Assembly: GCA_031411295.1 (NCBI GenBank)
Contig: JANOAV010000149.1
Location: 1-23,989 of the forward strand
From: Verrucomicrobiales bacterium
GTDB taxonomy: Bacteria; Verrucomicrobiota; Verrucomicrobiia; Verrucomicrobiales; V1-33
Direction of reading: 5' to 3'
DNA: 23,989 bases
The notes below the pieces were generated by a model, which was not told the origin of the DNA, did not search any database, and saw nothing but the letters and a program-made list of their open reading frames with translations. Positions 23,343-23,989 of this stretch are shown here, one piece after another (the first letter of the stretch is position 1; each line of letters begins with the position of its first letter). Position numbers and translations under genes: made by a program.

Positions 23343-23989
23343 ATGAAACAACTCCTCGGGACCATCACGTCCACGCTCCTTCTGGCTCCTTGCCTTCTGG
23401 CTCAAGGAAATGCGCCAGCCGCCCCCGTTCCTGCTCCGGCTCCGGTTCCGGTAGTGCCAGCTACTTCTGCGGTTGAGCAGAGCGGCTTGGCGTTCCGTGA
23501 AATGTTCGAGAAGGGCGGTCCCACGCTCTACGTCCTGGTCGGTCTCAGCATCATCATGTTCGCCCTCATTGGTTATTTCATTCTCACGATCCGCCGTGGA
23601 TCCGTGGTGAGCGATAGTTTCATGAAGACCGCGGACGCCCTGATTCGGAAGCAGGACTACTTGGGGCTGCTCGCGGTGTGCAACCGCCGTAGTGAATGCA
23701 TCGCTCAAATCACCCAAAAAACCTTGGATTTCGCCACCAAAAATCCCACCGCCACCTTCGATGAAGTGCGCGAGGTAACCGAGGCCGAGGGCCAGCGGCA
23801 AGCGAGTGCCTTAGTTCAACGGATTACCTACATGGCGGACATCGGCAAGGTGGCTCCTCTGATTGGACTACTGGGCACGGTGTTCGGGATCATCAAACAG
23901 TTCGCCCAGATCTCCCAGGAAAAAATGCTCGCAGCTCAGCTGAAATTTGCCGGAGGCGTTTCCGAGGCGCTGCTGAATACCGCAGCGGG
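23343..23989 (+). CDS. MotA/TolQ/ExbB proton channel protein (runs off the window)
   Basis: Open frame from ATG 23343 (or 23322): signal-like N-terminus, Pro/Ala linker, MFEKGG, and APLIGLLGTVFGII. Absent from the ORF track because there is no stop in the window. Confidence 0.9.
   Translation, partial: MKQLLGTITSTLLLAPCLLAQGNAPAAPVPAPAPVPVVPATSAVEQSGLAFREMFEKGGPTLYVLVGLSIIMFALIGYFILTIRRGSVVSDSFMKTADALIRKQDYLGLLAVCNRRSECIAQITQKTLDFATKNPTATFDEVREVTEAEGQRQASALVQRITYMADIGKVAPLIGLLGTVFGIIKQFAQISQEKMLAAQLKFAGGVSEALLNTAA

Noticed and set aside
23334..23801. 155-aa minus-strand ORF
   Set aside because: Antisense to the clear ExbB/TolQ frame on the plus strand.

Overview
Bacterial chromosome window; gene content and intergenic repeat style suggest the PVC superphylum, probably Verrucomicrobia (inference). 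The left half (1-12.6 kb) is an accessory, repeat-rich island. It holds the 3' end of a TPR protein, a helicase-free array of 11 helicase-associated (HA) domains, a phage-fibre-like collagen protein, a helical+FN3 protein, a non-coding tandem array of 22-bp hairpins, a REPIN-like foldback, and two tandem Roco GTPases (LRR-Roc-COR, the second ending in a TIR domain) with hypervariable, apparently shuffled LRR cassettes. The right half (12.6-24 kb) is mostly housekeeping: HemN-like radical SAM, a lipoprotein, Hsp15, a NosR-like FMN-binding protein, smpB, rpoZ, yggS, an HTH-receiver regulator, coaC, a cNMP-binding protein, a PHP histidinol phosphatase and an ExbB/TolQ protein. It also contains a candidate structured ncRNA (14.1-14.4 kb) and a 40-aa membrane microprotein missing from the ORF track. 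All calls come from reading motifs by eye; no searches were run.
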